A DNA stretch of 63,239 bases, counting the filler, from Saprolegnia diclina VS20 (Eukaryota), in NCBI RefSeq assembly GCF_000281045.1. It is 8 parts of 2 records of this genome, joined end to end, with 100 filler letters (N's around TTAATTAATTAA, not from the genome) between each part and the next. Parts side by side here need not be neighbours in the genome. Positions count along the whole stretch, not along the records: positions 1 to 27,061 come from NW_008246086.1; 7 more parts are not named here. One strand, 5' to 3'. The notes below the pieces were generated by a model. That model did not search any database. It was not told the origin of the DNA and saw only the letters and a list, made by a program, of their open reading frames with translations. A program made the translations under genes and the position numbers. This document shows positions 1-11,712 of the stretch, piece by piece; position 1 is the first letter of the stretch; the number at the start of each line of letters is the position of its first letter.

Positions 1-1294
1 AGGGAAGAACAAATTCCGTTGATCTCATCCGACCGCCAAGTGGGAGCAGGTAGCAAAAACGAATCACTTACAATGAACTATACGAGATCGTAGTTCGAAG
101 GTTGTGTATTTAAAAACAAATCTGCGTGGATTTAGCACTAGGAATATCAAATAACCTGATCACGTCTATGGAAACGCCACTTAAAATTTGGACAAGCCAT
201 AACATCGCCAAACACGAGCGTATCCGACAAAATGTTGATACCATTATGATCTCAAGACATTAAATATCATGCGCCACACAACAACGAACTAGTTTCTTCA
301 TTAGTCTTGAAGGGTTTGCATTTGACGCATTTGGAAGTGAATTTGGGAGATGTGGCATATACAATTCTAAGCGCACCCAACCGACATCGCTGCGAATGGA
401 CCCAATTTGGACAGGCAATAAATTCATAAATACGTCGAACTGCACGATGCAATGGGGCTTAGCCAGCTTAGAAAAGCATGAATATCATGTGTAGTACAAC
501 GCCAGCCTCCAGCTATATGATTTACGCCTTCATTGGGGGCCATGAAGACAACCATAAAAACCTTTATTTTTGTATCGAATAGTGGTAACCAGCTTATACA
601 TGCATTCTTAGTGCTGTCTATGCGAACTTCGATTCATACAAATATCAAGTTACGACAGTCGGTCGTTTTTGCTACCTGCTCCAAGTGGGTGGTTCCGCAC
701 TACGAGTCGAAGGTTGAGAGTCGCACAGTCGCATCTAAATCGCTAGTACTTCGAGGAGAATGCTCGACTATGCACAATAGGTAAGCGGCTTGGTACTTGG
801 ACGAAACGACACGGGACTTCGAGCGTCGATCGTATAGGCTTCTCTTCGCAGCACTGATCATGTTAGTGTAGATGAAAGCTACATCACCACGCTCCAACGT
901 CTAGCGTTGCTGGAAGCGTCGATGAGGAGGAAGGATGTGCCACCAACGAAGTGGCGCCAATTCAGAATGTGACTCGATTTTTGTATAGTTTGTGACACGC
1001 GCTGACGTAGCACGCTGACAGCGTCCATCCTGTTCAAAAGCACCTGCATTGCTGGACAGAGCACGAGAGGCAACATCTTTGACGGGCTTGGGGTTGAGCT
1101 CCTGCCATTGTCTTGTGATTGGCCTCTGATAGACCATGAAAACACTGTTTAAGTACCCTTGGCGCGGCCCCGATATGTCAATGCGTGTACAAATGTGCGG
1201 ATTCATCAATGATATTTCAGTTTATAGTTTACAGATAGTAATAATAGTCGATAATCGTGTGCGTGCTTTCCATCGAGCACGCAGAAATAAGAGC

Positions 1295-2203
1295 TTAGAG
1301 CACGGTGCCGTCAAAGGCGTCGGCGTGGCAGACAGGGCACGAGTTCTTTTGCTCGACCCAGTACATGACGCACTCTTCGTGAAACTTGTGGCCACACGGC
1401 AACGCGAGCACAGCATCTTCGTCGACGTCGTTCTCGACTTCAAAATGCACCTTCTTGGCCGGCACGAGCTCGTCGTCGTTGGTCGAGAGCTCGCAGAGGC
1501 AGATGGTGCAAATAGTGTTCTCCTCGGCCGTCGCTGTGGTGTCGTCGTCTTTGTCTGCCGGCACCGATGTGACATCGGGGGACGCCGCTTCGTCTGGTGA
1601 CGAGAGGCTCGTCGACGCGCCGTCATCGTCGTCATCGCTGGCTTCGTCGTCGCTGGCGGCCGAGTGCTTGTGAAGATCGTTGCTTTTGTGGTGCGGTACT
1701 TCGAGAAAGTCTTCGAGCAGGTCGTAGAGCGTGTCAAGCACGCATTGCACAACGTCGTCGGACGCGTGCTCGAGCGTCGCCAAGACGCAGCTGGCGCGGA
1801 GGCCAAGGAGCATTGCTGTGAAGCGCTGCAGCGTCAGTTTGCGCTCGTTGATGATGGTCTTGTTGTTGACGCTCACGAGGAGGTGCTTCTTGGGAAAGTC
1901 GGCGTCGGCGATTGGCGCGAGGAGCGTCTGGACGGCGGGCGGCGCGGTCGCTGAAAGATGCAGCAGCCGCTTCCGGAGCGAGAAGAACTGCGAGTAGCGC
2001 TTCTTGAGAACCCACCACGCCTTTGTGCCGGGGCACGTCGCGATGAGGGTGTAGACCGTGAACGGACTGCTGCCATAGTAGGCTACGCTCTTGGCACTCG
2101 AGTGCACGCGCGCTTGCTTGAGATCGCTGACCTGCGCCGCCTTGAGCGACGCAACGTCGTCATGCAGGAGGAGACTGTCGTGGACGAGATCGGAGAGAGG
2201 CAT
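1295..2203 (-). CDS. PX domain + C-terminal RING-H2 protein, array copy 1 (putative phosphoinositide-targeted E3 ubiquitin ligase)
   Basis: Intronless 302-aa ORF. PX hallmarks: YTL..WWVLKKRYSQF, FPKK, INERK. RING-H2: CTIC...CGHKFHEECVMYW...CPVC. Confidence 0.9.
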   Translation of the reverse strand: MPLSDLVHDSLLLHDDVASLKAAQVSDLKQARVHSSAKSVAYYGSSPFTVYTLIATCPGTKAWWVLKKRYSQFFSLRKRLLHLSATAPPAVQTLLAPIADADFPKKHLLVSVNNKTIINERKLTLQRFTAMLLGLRASCVLATLEHASDDVVQCVLDTLYDLLEDFLEVPHHKSNDLHKHSAASDDEASDDDDDGASTSLSSPDEAASPDVTSVPADKDDDTTATAEENTICTICLCELSTNDDELVPAKKVHFEVENDVDEDAVLALPCGHKFHEECVMYWVEQKNSCPVCHADAFDGTVL

Positions 2204-3175
2204 GTGTGGTCGATGTTGTAATAATATACGAGTTTGGGAAATGCTACTGCGCCCGAGGTTTCAAATTGAAAAGTCTGGTTGGTGCCAGTTGCCGTCCGTG
2301 CTAGAAAAAAGCTTGAACTTCAATTTGATTGCCTGTCCACGCGCCCCCCACACATACAAATTCCAAGGTGAATTCGATATTTTGGCTGCCTTTTGCGCAC
2401 CCTTTCGCAGACGAGCATTCTTTTTTCCTTTGTCGCGATTGTTGTCGCTTGGAATTTGATAGAATCAATATGTGGACAACATGTCAATGTCTGAGGTACT
2501 AGACTAGTGTGGTTTGTCCAGTATGCACATGAACAACGTCATATCTGACGTGGGCAAACAAAATTTGGCCGCACCAGAAAGACACCTCTGAACGACACGA
2601 AAAAAAAGAACCTGCCAAGTAGCTCGATCAGTCTGGTAGCTCGATCAGTCTGGAGCAACTGGGTCGCAGGTGCCGCATCTTTTCCGACCAGAAGGACACG
2701 ACGACGACTGCTAACGTGAGTACCTTCGAGCACCTTCCTTCCGCTTCCGGCCGCTCGATGAGCGATCGTGCTACTTGCTATGTTATGTAGTGGCGTACCG
2801 GCATGCGCAACATTCCACCAACCACCGTACTGGCAGCCATTCTACGTTCCACAGCGCACATCGGAACGTAGCGGTGCCACACAGCCTTATTCTGGAGCAG
2901 CCCCTTTCCTCATATCACTAGACAGGTTTTCCGTGTCAAAGTTGATAATTTTCGACCGAATTCATAAATTGCGCTCCTAAACACGTGTGCAACTCGTCCC
3001 TAGTCCCCTAACCGTACTTGCTTCAGCTCTTGCTTCGTTCATCTTGCTGGTCCTCACGTCCCGTACGTGGCACACACAACTGCCTCGCGTGACGCTCGAG
3101 GTTGCTTCTTTGACAACATAAACAAGCACCATGCGCCATGGATTTAAAAAATCATAAATTAATCGGACTCGTTGG

Positions 3176-3919
3176 CTACGCGGCAATGAAGCCACCGACA
3201 GCCTCGCAGCGGCAGAGCGGGCACGTCATCTTCTTGTCCAGCCAGTGCACGAGGCACGACTCGTGGAACGTGTGGCCGCACGTGAGTTCGAGGACCGTGT
3301 CGTCGTTCGAGAGCTCGTCAAACTCGCACATGCAGATCGGGCACGCATCGTCTGTCGGTGCCGTGTGCGACTGCAGCTGGCGGCCGCAGCTCAACCGGTG
3401 CTCTTCGTCTTCGACGGCCACCGGCATCTCGAGAAAGTGCAACACCAACGAGGCAACGTCCTGGGCCTTGCGGCGGGGCGCGCCCGGTTGCTGCGCGAGC
3501 GTGTGGCACGCCTGGCGGAGGCGAATGAGCGCGGCGATGAAGCCTTGCAGCTCACGCTTCCTGTCGCGGATGATCGTCGGGTGGTCAAAGCAAATGTGAC
3601 GACGGGGAAACTCGACCGCCGCCATGGACGTCAAGAGGTCGGCGAGCGGCGCCATGCCGGGCGTCGCGTTGCATTGCTTGCGCCATTTCAGAAGCGTCGA
3701 CCGAAGCGCAAAGATCTGCGAGTAGCGCTTCCGAAGGATCCACCACGTGCTCGTTTGGTGGCATGTGACCGTGAACGTGTAGACGGTGAAGGGCGAGAGG
3801 CCGCGCTGGACGACGTTCTTGGCCGTTGTGTGGACGTTGATCGCATCGTCGTCGAGGTGAAGTGCACTGAGCATCATGGTAGTGGATTGGGAGTTTTGGC
3901 TCATGGTGGCAAGAGGCAT
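3176..3919 (-). CDS. PX-RING-H2 protein, array copy 2
   Basis: WWILRKRYSQI, FPRR, IRDRKR; RING CPIC...CGHTFHESCLVHW...CPLC. Start set at the first ATG downstream of the INR+FPR at 3940-3955. Confidence 0.9.
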   Translation of the reverse strand: MPLATMSQNSQSTTMMLSALHLDDDAINVHTTAKNVVQRGLSPFTVYTFTVTCHQTSTWWILRKRYSQIFALRSTLLKWRKQCNATPGMAPLADLLTSMAAVEFPRRHICFDHPTIIRDRKRELQGFIAALIRLRQACHTLAQQPGAPRRKAQDVASLVLHFLEMPVAVEDEEHRLSCGRQLQSHTAPTDDACPICMCEFDELSNDDTVLELTCGHTFHESCLVHWLDKKMTCPLCRCEAVGGFIAA

Positions 3920-3939
3920 GTCGACTTGCGAAGAAGACG

Positions 3940-3955
3940 GCAAATTGGAGAATGA
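3940..3955 (-). promoter_or_regulatory. Oomycete core promoter INR+FPR
   Basis: Minus strand reads TCATTCTCCAATTTGC, matching the oomycete INR (TCAYTY) + FPR (AWTTTNC) pattern, about 20 nt upstream of ATG 3919; CCAAT boxes near 4123 and 4176. Confidence 0.7.
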
Positions 3956-4374
3956 TCACTGGTATTAGCATCGATGCAGTGACTGTCCAATGGTCAGCGG
4001 ACTGTGTCCATGAATGTGACCACACACGAGTTCGCACACGACGTCGTCGATAGCCACATCAATGGGACAGCGCCAAATTGATGGGAGGGCCGATCACGAG
4101 TAGCATGGCGCGTGGCATTTGCGCCAATCACGCGACGGCATTTCGCATATACCCGGTCTGCGATGCTCTTTTTAACCAATCCGCGTCGCCTCGGAACGCG
4201 CGACATGAATGGGGAAGTTCGCAGTGTCGTGGCATGTGCCAGTCGCAGAATCCAGTAGGCGACTGCGAGCCATGGAACGCAAGCTTGGAACGGAAGCTTG
4301 GAAATGGAGAGCGTGTTTGTTGAAGAGAGAAGGACTATAAATTGAAGAACTAAATACCTAGCGAACCTAAATTT

Positions 4375-5145
4375 TCAGCAGCCAACGACGTGGCCGCCGA
4401 CGGCTTCGTCACGACAGAGGGGGCACGTGAGCTTTTCTTCAAACCAGTGGACAATACAGTCTTCGTGGAACGAGTGGTGGCATGCCATTGTGAGCACCGA
4501 CTCGTTGGCGTCGAACGAGCACATGCAAATGGCGCACGACTCGTCGTCGTCTTCGTTGGCGGTCGACGGCGAGCCCGATCCATTGCTGCACGTGGGCGAG
4601 CTCACCGAGAGCGTGTGCCGGAGGTCCTCGTCGCGGAGCCCGTCCGGGATTTCGAGAAAGCGCTGCACAATATCGTAAATGTGGTCGAGCTTGGCGCCAA
4701 GCGAGGTGGTTTCAGCATTGAGCGACTGGAGAACGCAGGCGGCGCGGAGCGCAATGACTTTCGTCGTAAAGTCCTGGAGCAGCGCCTTGCGCTCCGTGAC
4801 GATGATCGCCGTGTCAAAGCCGAGATGGCGCGACGGGAACTCGCACTTGACAATGTCCTTGAGGAGACTGCGGATCGCGCCGGTCGAGAACGCATGGAGC
4901 TTTTGCAGCTGCTTGCGGAGGCGGTGGAACTGCGAGAAGCGCTTCTGGATGACCCACCACGCCTTCGTGCCCGGGCATGACACGATGAGCGTGTAGATCG
5001 TGAATGGCGTGACGCCGCGCGGCGCGTACCACATTGCGCTCGCGTGCACCTTGACGTCGTTGCGGTCGTGCTCGTGGGCGAGCTTGACCTTGTCGACCGA
5101 GTCGAGCTGGAGGTCATGCATGCGGTCGGTCAATGCTGTGGTCAT
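4375..5145 (-). CDS. PX-RING-H2 protein, array copy 3
   Basis: WWVIQKRFSQF, FPSR, TERK; RING CAIC...CHHSFHEDCIVHW...CPLC. First true ATG at 5145. Confidence 0.9.
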   Translation of the reverse strand: MTTALTDRMHDLQLDSVDKVKLAHEHDRNDVKVHASAMWYAPRGVTPFTIYTLIVSCPGTKAWWVIQKRFSQFHRLRKQLQKLHAFSTGAIRSLLKDIVKCEFPSRHLGFDTAIIVTERKALLQDFTTKVIALRAACVLQSLNAETTSLGAKLDHIYDIVQRFLEIPDGLRDEDLRHTLSVSSPTCSNGSGSPSTANEDDDESCAICMCSFDANESVLTMACHHSFHEDCIVHWFEEKLTCPLCRDEAVGGHVVGC

Positions 5146-5584
5146 GGTGTTTCGGAATAAGATCTGCGTCGTGGGTGGCAAAAGGCAAAGTGCCGTTTGG
5201 GGAAACCAGGACCGCGTTGAAGTTCGTCGAGTGTTTCAGCCAATCACGGAGCGCCATCTCCCTTTCATACAAACGTGCTATATGTTTTCTGAAAAAAGGA
5301 TGCGCCACCAATTCCGTGGTGTTGTTTTTGAGGTGGGTTCGATCTTGAACCGGCCTTTCTTATACTTGATATTTGTATGAGAGCCGATGATGGGACATGT
5401 GCAGCGGGTATCGCAGCGCGTGGAAAGCGCGCCGATCAGACGGCGCGGGGCCTTTTCCTCACGACTTCTTCTCGGTCCACTCTGCAGAACCCGGTCATTG
5501 ACAAGCAAGCGAGAGAGATCGAGGATATGGGTAGATAGTATCTTTGTTATTGTACAGGAAGAGAAGAAGAGAAAAGAGAGCCGG

Positions 5585-6259
5585 CTATGGGATCCGGTCG
5601 CGGCACAGAGCACAGTGCGCGGGCCCATGCACGACGCACGCGACGTGGACGTGATGTCCGCACGCCAGCGCCTCGACTGTGTCGCATGCACCAGGCACGA
5701 GCGGCGCCAAGCACACGCCGCAGCTACTCGCTTCGTCGTCTTCGTCCGGGTACATGGCGTATGCCGCCGCTTCGTCCGGCGACAGAATCGCGACGGTCTG
5801 CCGGAGCTCATTGGGCGACACGTGCGTCGGCACCTCGAGAAACTCTTGGAGCAGCGAGAAGAGCGCGTCGCTCGGCGCCGTCGTCGTCCCGCGGTGCGCA
5901 ACGAGCGTGAGCAAGCAAGTGGCGCGGATCGCGACCAGCATCGCGACAAAGTGCTTGAGCGCCGCCGCGCGCTGGGCCACGACGTCCGCGCTCTGACCAA
6001 AGAGGTGCTTTGGCGGAAACGGCATCGTGAGCGCCGTGTGCAGCGGCCGCGCGAGCTCGGTTTCGATGCCTTTTTCGAGGCGTTGGAGGGCCTTACGGAG
6101 TGCGTAGCACGCCGAGTAGCGCTTTGTGAGCGTCCACGTCGCCTTTGTGCTCGGGCACGTGATGAGAAACGTGTACGCGACGTAGCTGGACGCCGCATGG
6201 GGGTGCACGATGATACTGGTTGTCGACGACGACGCTTCGTCCATTGTGAGCATGGTCAT
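5585..6259 (-). CDS. PX-RING-H2 protein, array copy 4 (atypical RING)
   Basis: WTLTKRYSAC, FPPK, AQR; RING CGVC...CGHHVHVACVVHGPAHCALC keeps all eight ligands but lacks the Trp and Pro and has a shortened helix. Confidence 0.85.
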   Translation of the reverse strand: MTMLTMDEASSSTTSIIVHPHAASSYVAYTFLITCPSTKATWTLTKRYSACYALRKALQRLEKGIETELARPLHTALTMPFPPKHLFGQSADVVAQRAAALKHFVAMLVAIRATCLLTLVAHRGTTTAPSDALFSLLQEFLEVPTHVSPNELRQTVAILSPDEAAAYAMYPDEDDEASSCGVCLAPLVPGACDTVEALACGHHVHVACVVHGPAHCALCRDRIP

Positions 6260-7304
6260 GGCAATCGATGGCAGGCTGCTCTTGTCGGCACGGAGGCAAT
6301 TCAAAACTGAACTACTCGAATTTAAAATACATCGATTACGGCTTTGCCGAGTTTGTGTGCACGCGACCCGATGGCGCGCGTATACTCATTTCAAGTGCCT
6401 CGAATCCGGTGATGGATGTATATACACAAACGCTAGAAGAACCAGATCGCACCTGCGAGCATTTCCGAGTACGCGAAACGCGAAACACTGGCGCGTACAT
6501 GTCGCTGTCGGCGCAGTGATGCAGTCCGAGGCGGCGGACTGGCCCACGAGGCTGACGCACGCAAGTGCCGCGGTCGGATGCATGATCTCGCTGCTGTGCG
6601 CATGAGCGTAATACACACCGTCGACGCGTTGGTCGGCCACGAAGCGCCCGGAGGATATGACGTGGCAGCGCTGCAAAGCCATGCCACATCTGCGAGAATG
6701 TAGGTCAAAATCGACTGCCCACAGAACCTGGCGCGTTGAAAGGTGCTGAAATCGATAGGCCGACTGTACAACGTACAACTGTGCCATGAGTCGTGTGCCG
6801 ATGGATCCTCGGAGAGGCAAGACATGTAACCACTACTGTCGCAATCGTCGCGAGGGGCGGTCGCGCAGGATCAAAAGCGCGTAAATACGATGCGACAGTC
6901 GCGCACGCGATGCCAAGCCTTTCACGCTACGACACGCAATCGATACAAGTTGTACGACCACATTTTTCGGCGCGGTGCCCACCCCATTTTATCATCGTCG
7001 GTGCGGGAGGTCAAATCAGGTCGCGTTTCGAGTTTCTGCTCGGTCGACCTTTCGGTTACTTCGCAGTACCTGTTCGTAGTAGTATGCAGAGGTGTGTTGT
7101 TGAATACTAGTACTAGTATGTCTAGTCTGACGTGATCGATTACGCATTCTAGGACGAGGGCAAACCAAAAACTACACCAAGCAATCCAGCTGCGTGCAAT
7201 AATATCCCGACCATGGCGTTGATGCTGCACGTTTGAACAAGCTCACGTGAACTAGGAAACGCAATTGAGTTTTATCCTACACTAGTAGGCTAGGTTGTTG
7301 GTGT

Positions 7305-8183
7305 TTAGACCATGACACCGTCAAAGGCGTCGGCGCGGCAGAGCGGGCACGAGTTCTTTTGTTCGATCCAGTACATGACGCACTCTTCGTGAAAGTAGTG
7401 GTTGCAAGGAAGCTTGAGCACCTTTTCCTCTTCGTCGGTATCGTGGACGTTGTCGTCGTCATCGAGGGCGAACCGGACCTTCTTGGCCGGCGCGGCGTTG
7501 TGCTTGGGGGTTTGGTAGTGGTACGTCGCACCGGACGCCTTGAACTCGTTGAGGCAGATCGAGCACGAGTCGCAGCTCGAGTCGTTGGACGTCTCGCTGC
7601 AGCGGTCCGAGGTCGGTGACGCCGGCGACGAGCCCACGAGGGGATCGTGCGTCGACGGGATTTCGAGAAATTCCTGGAGCAAGTCGAAGACCGCGTCCAG
7701 CTTGGCGAGCTGCGCGTCGGTGCGGTCCGCGTCGAGCGATGCGAGGATGCACGAGGCGCGGAGAGCGATGAGGGCGGCCGTGAAGCGCTGGAACTGCGTC
7801 TTGCGCTCCTTGATGACGGCCTTGTTGTCGACGCTGACGAGCATGTGCTTCTTGGGAAACTCCATCTCGAGCGCGGGCGCGAGAACATCGGCGAGGGCGG
7901 TGAAGCGGCTGCTGTTGCACGCCTTCAAGTGGCGGAGGAGCTGCTTGCGGACCGAGAAGAACTGCGAGTAGCGCTTCTTAAGGACCCACCACGTCTTCGT
8001 GCCGGGGCACGTGACGATCATGGTGTAGATGGTAAAGGGGCTGCTGCCGTGGAAGGCAACGTTCATGGCGCTCGAGTGCACCTTGACTTGTTTCATATCG
8101 TGTTCGTGCGCCGTCTTGAGGCGCTCGATCGAGGCGTCGTGCTCATGGGCAGCGAGATCGTGGCAAAGAGAGGTAATGGTCAT
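7305..8183 (-). CDS. PX-RING-H2 protein, array copy 5 (closest paralogue of copy 1)
   Basis: WWVLKKRYSQFF, FPKKH, IKERK; RING CSIC...CNHYFHEECVMYW...CPLC. ATG 8183 lies downstream of the INR+FPR at 8273-8288. Confidence 0.9.
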   Translation of the reverse strand: MTITSLCHDLAAHEHDASIERLKTAHEHDMKQVKVHSSAMNVAFHGSSPFTIYTMIVTCPGTKTWWVLKKRYSQFFSVRKQLLRHLKACNSSRFTALADVLAPALEMEFPKKHMLVSVDNKAVIKERKTQFQRFTAALIALRASCILASLDADRTDAQLAKLDAVFDLLQEFLEIPSTHDPLVGSSPASPTSDRCSETSNDSSCDSCSICLNEFKASGATYHYQTPKHNAAPAKKVRFALDDDDNVHDTDEEEKVLKLPCNHYFHEECVMYWIEQKNSCPLCRADAFDGVMV

Positions 8184-8272
8184 GTCGGGCAAAGTGGTCC
8201 ATGCGGCGTTGGGGGGTTGTAGGGTTGGTGTGGAAGCAAAGCTTCGGGTGTCGCTGGCGTCTGCAGTCGAAG

Positions 8273-8288
8273 GCAAATTGGAAAATGA
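8273..8288 (-). promoter_or_regulatory. Oomycete core promoter INR+FPR
   Basis: Minus strand reads TCATTTTCCAATTTGC; CCAAT boxes near 8362 and 8424. Confidence 0.7.
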
Positions 8289-9107
8289 CGAAACCAACGG
8301 CGCTGAGGCCCTCTGCCACATCGTCAAGGCAGCTGCGCCATGTAGCCGAATTCCATATTGGCCAATCAAAAGGCAATGTGGACTGGACGTTACGGGTACC
8401 GAACGATATACTATAGGAATGCGCCAATCAGATGCGTCAAATTCGATTGCGACATGCTGTGTTTGTATCTCACTGTTTGTATGAGCATACTGAAACGCAG
8501 TGCGCTTCTTTTTTTTGGTTGCCAAAGTTGCCAAAGGACCACATGCACCAGACGATTTGGAGGGAAGGGGCCAGCGAACCAGAAATTTCTGGGTGGTAGC
8601 TGAATACACCAATGAGGCGCCGCCATTTTGCTAGTCCATGGATGCGATTGGCCATTGGTCCTTGACGTTGCAGGCAGCTGGATTCTGATCTGACCTCATT
8701 TGGGCATGCCCGTGATCACTTTACCGCGCCAGAGGACGACTGGGTTTCTTGTGGCGCGCCATGTGCAAGCACCTGGGACCGCATCGAGCGTACATTCTAG
8801 CGCCGCATCGAAACAACCAAGCGGCAACCTTCACTCATAACGCACCAGCAAGTTCCAAGGGTGCGAATAATGGCTGCAGGGAACAAGCAATTGCCTTGCT
8901 CTCCTGCTCGTTCGGGCACACCATGTGATGTGCCATCAAGCATTATCCACTTCTGCAACGTACACTTCAGTCCGAGGACAACAACGCACCCCCATCACGA
9001 TATCCTGCATGGCTTCGTACATGCTGATAAACTTGACGTCTACCAATCAATATATAACAAATAGTTTAGTAAATAGGACGAATAGAATCAAGACCACGAC
9101 AGTACGC

Positions 9108-9860
9108 TCAGAGCAAGTATCCCTGCGTCGCGTCTTGGCGGCACAAGGGGCAAGTCGCCGACTTTTCGAGCCACCGGACGACGCACTCTTCGTGAAAAAC
9201 GTGCTTGCACGGCATTTGGAGCTTGGTCTCGCTATGCTCGTAGCCGCAGAGGCAGATGGCACATGCCTCCTCACAGCTCGTACATTCCGTCGTGTCCTCC
9301 TCCGTCACCGACGACGATTCGGGGGATACGAGCGCGATCGTGCGGCGAAGCTCGTCGCGGCGCAGTGCCTCGGGGATGCTCAAAAAATCTTGCACGAGTT
9401 CGTAGAGCTCGAGGAGGCTATCTTTGGCGGCCGACGGCGGCAGCTGCAGTGCCCGCAACACACAGGCTTCGCGCAAGGACACCAGCATCGCTGTGTACTG
9501 CTTGAAGAGCGTAAGGCGCTCGAGGATCTTGCCGGCGTTGTGGATCGGCGTCAGCGGGTGTTTCTTTGGAAACATCGGCGCGTGCACCGCGCCGAGAACG
9601 TTGCGGACATCGTCGCATGCGCGCTTGGCAAGCGCCGCCAGTGTTCGTCGAAACGCGAGAAATTCCGAGTACCGCTTCGTGACGACCCACCATGTCTTCG
9701 TCGTCGGGCACGAGACGATGAAGGTGTAGATGACAAAGGGGCCGCTGGCCGGCGAAACCACATTCATGGCGCTGGGAAAGACCTTGAGCGCGCGCGCCGC
9801 CGCGTCAAAGCGCGTGCGGTCGAGGGTCGTCTGCGGAAGCAGGTGGGCGGATGCAGTCAT
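9108..9860 (-). CDS. PX-RING-H2 protein, array copy 6
   Basis: WWVVTKRYSEF, FPKKH, LERL; RING CAIC...CKHVFHEECVVRW...CPLC. Start chosen at ATG 9860 by paralogue length. Confidence 0.9.
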   Translation of the reverse strand: MTASAHLLPQTTLDRTRFDAAARALKVFPSAMNVVSPASGPFVIYTFIVSCPTTKTWWVVTKRYSEFLAFRRTLAALAKRACDDVRNVLGAVHAPMFPKKHPLTPIHNAGKILERLTLFKQYTAMLVSLREACVLRALQLPPSAAKDSLLELYELVQDFLSIPEALRRDELRRTIALVSPESSSVTEEDTTECTSCEEACAICLCGYEHSETKLQMPCKHVFHEECVVRWLEKSATCPLCRQDATQGYLL

Positions 9861-11712
9861 CGCGGAGCAAAAGAAAGAATGCTGCGACGTTGCGTTGCGC
9901 GGGTGCCCTATATAGAGCCAGAGTATACCGTATACGAAAAGACTGTCGGGTTCTTTTTCTAGTTTTTGGTTGCGGAGGGTCGCCATCTGGTCGGCGGATC
10001 GTTGAACCTGAGGAAAGGGGCGCATCGTCAGCGCACTGCCTTGGCTGGACACTACAGTACGTGCAGTAACCCACCAACGGAATGCCTGCGGCGGCGACGA
10101 CGACTGGCGGACAAAGGCTTGCAACTTCATCCGCGACAAGCCGTGCGAGAAACCATGCACCAGGACCACCAACACTGGAGCAACTTGCCACGAGATTAGG
10201 TCATAGAGAAAACGTTCCGCCGATCAGAGTCTGGCGTGCGAATTGGTCCTCGGAGAAAGAAGAGAGCAGGTGCAAACATCGGACTGGATGCCTCCCGAGC
10301 CCCATGCATGCGTGGTACAGTCTGCATCGCGTTCCGGCATATGAAAATGACTGCAAGAAGAGAAACCAGCAGCAAGAAAACAGACTCCAGCAAGAGAAAA
10401 CAGAGAATGTGGTTCGCTCGAACATTCTTCGATCCGTGGAACCTTCGCGCCATGAAATTGCACATCTCGCTTAGAAGCCATAACGGGCGGCCAAGGCGAA
10501 GCCAAGGAACCGCGTCGCTTCCGCCCACTGGCAAGCACGCGCTTGGATCGTAGCGAAACGAGCGAGCAACACTCTCAGACTGGACAACCTCGCGTTGCAG
10601 GACCTGCTGCATATGCGCGCGAGGACAGCAACGCATTCGTTTGCTCGGCGTGCCGTCTAATCTGTGTGATTGTGGTTGTTGTCAAGAGACCCAGATCAGA
10701 TATAGGCGTCGTATCCGGATGTCGGATACATCATTCGCTCGATTCTTTTCTAATGCTTTCTATTTAATTGACCAGCTGGACGCCGACGCACCATCTGTTG
10801 TCCATAACGAGCGTAAAGAACTTGTCAAGATTGTCAAGAATAAGCCACGGTAATGACTAACGACATGATCCTCGTCCGCCTTGGTGTCGAAGCCTTTTAA
10901 TGCGACAAACAACTGTGTCGTGGCTGAAACTAACGTCTAGCTAGTGTTCGGGCTGTACAAACAAATATGCCATTGCCGGTACCGACGCATTGCATAGGTG
11001 CAGTTATTGGTGAGGTGACCTGTGTGGTGGTATGTACTACCCGAACCCTCATACATGTACCTACGAACACCATTCTGGCGTACACGGATCATTGGGCTTT
11101 TCTGAACGATGACAAGACGTGTGAGCATGTCTTTGCCGCGCGGCATCTCTAAAGATTCCCTCGTATTCCAAAATACCAATGGGAAGATCTGCATCGAAGG
11201 GTCATTTGCTTGCGTTCAGCATGCACTAGATGTGGGTACACACTCCCAGACACACTCCTTTTGATTTGATTCTGGATGTGGAAACATTTAGATTGCGTAC
11301 GTTATCGATGGTCAGCCACGGCTGGTCCAATTCGGCTAGTCCATTCCATTCTACAGCAATGGTATCATATGCGCATCGCAGCGGTCAGCGTTGTCGATCT
11401 ACACGTCTACAAGTACCCGAAGGGCATGGCATCCAAAGCGTTGCCAAGATCGTCGGCAACTTCAACTCTCGGCGTCTGATCTATGGAGCGGTGCACATGG
11501 CTTTGCGAATGCGTCAACTGTCGAGAGCTCTGATTGGCTTTTTTTACATCGCCGAAAGATCGCGGGAGATTCAAACGAGACGGTTTCCGAATCTTTCGCG
11601 CTCTGTCACTCCGGCGAAATCACACGTTCGCAGATCGAAGACTCTGGTTTCCATTTCCCGTCTGCCTTTTCGCTAAATAGCCTACACCAGCCTCCTCGCC
11701 GTCGTGTACCTC

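Noticed and set aside
8184..10175. N-terminal extensions of PX-RING copies 5 and 6 in the ORF track
   Set aside because: They start at non-ATG codons and have no paralogue similarity; the copy-5 extension runs through its INR/CCAAT promoter.
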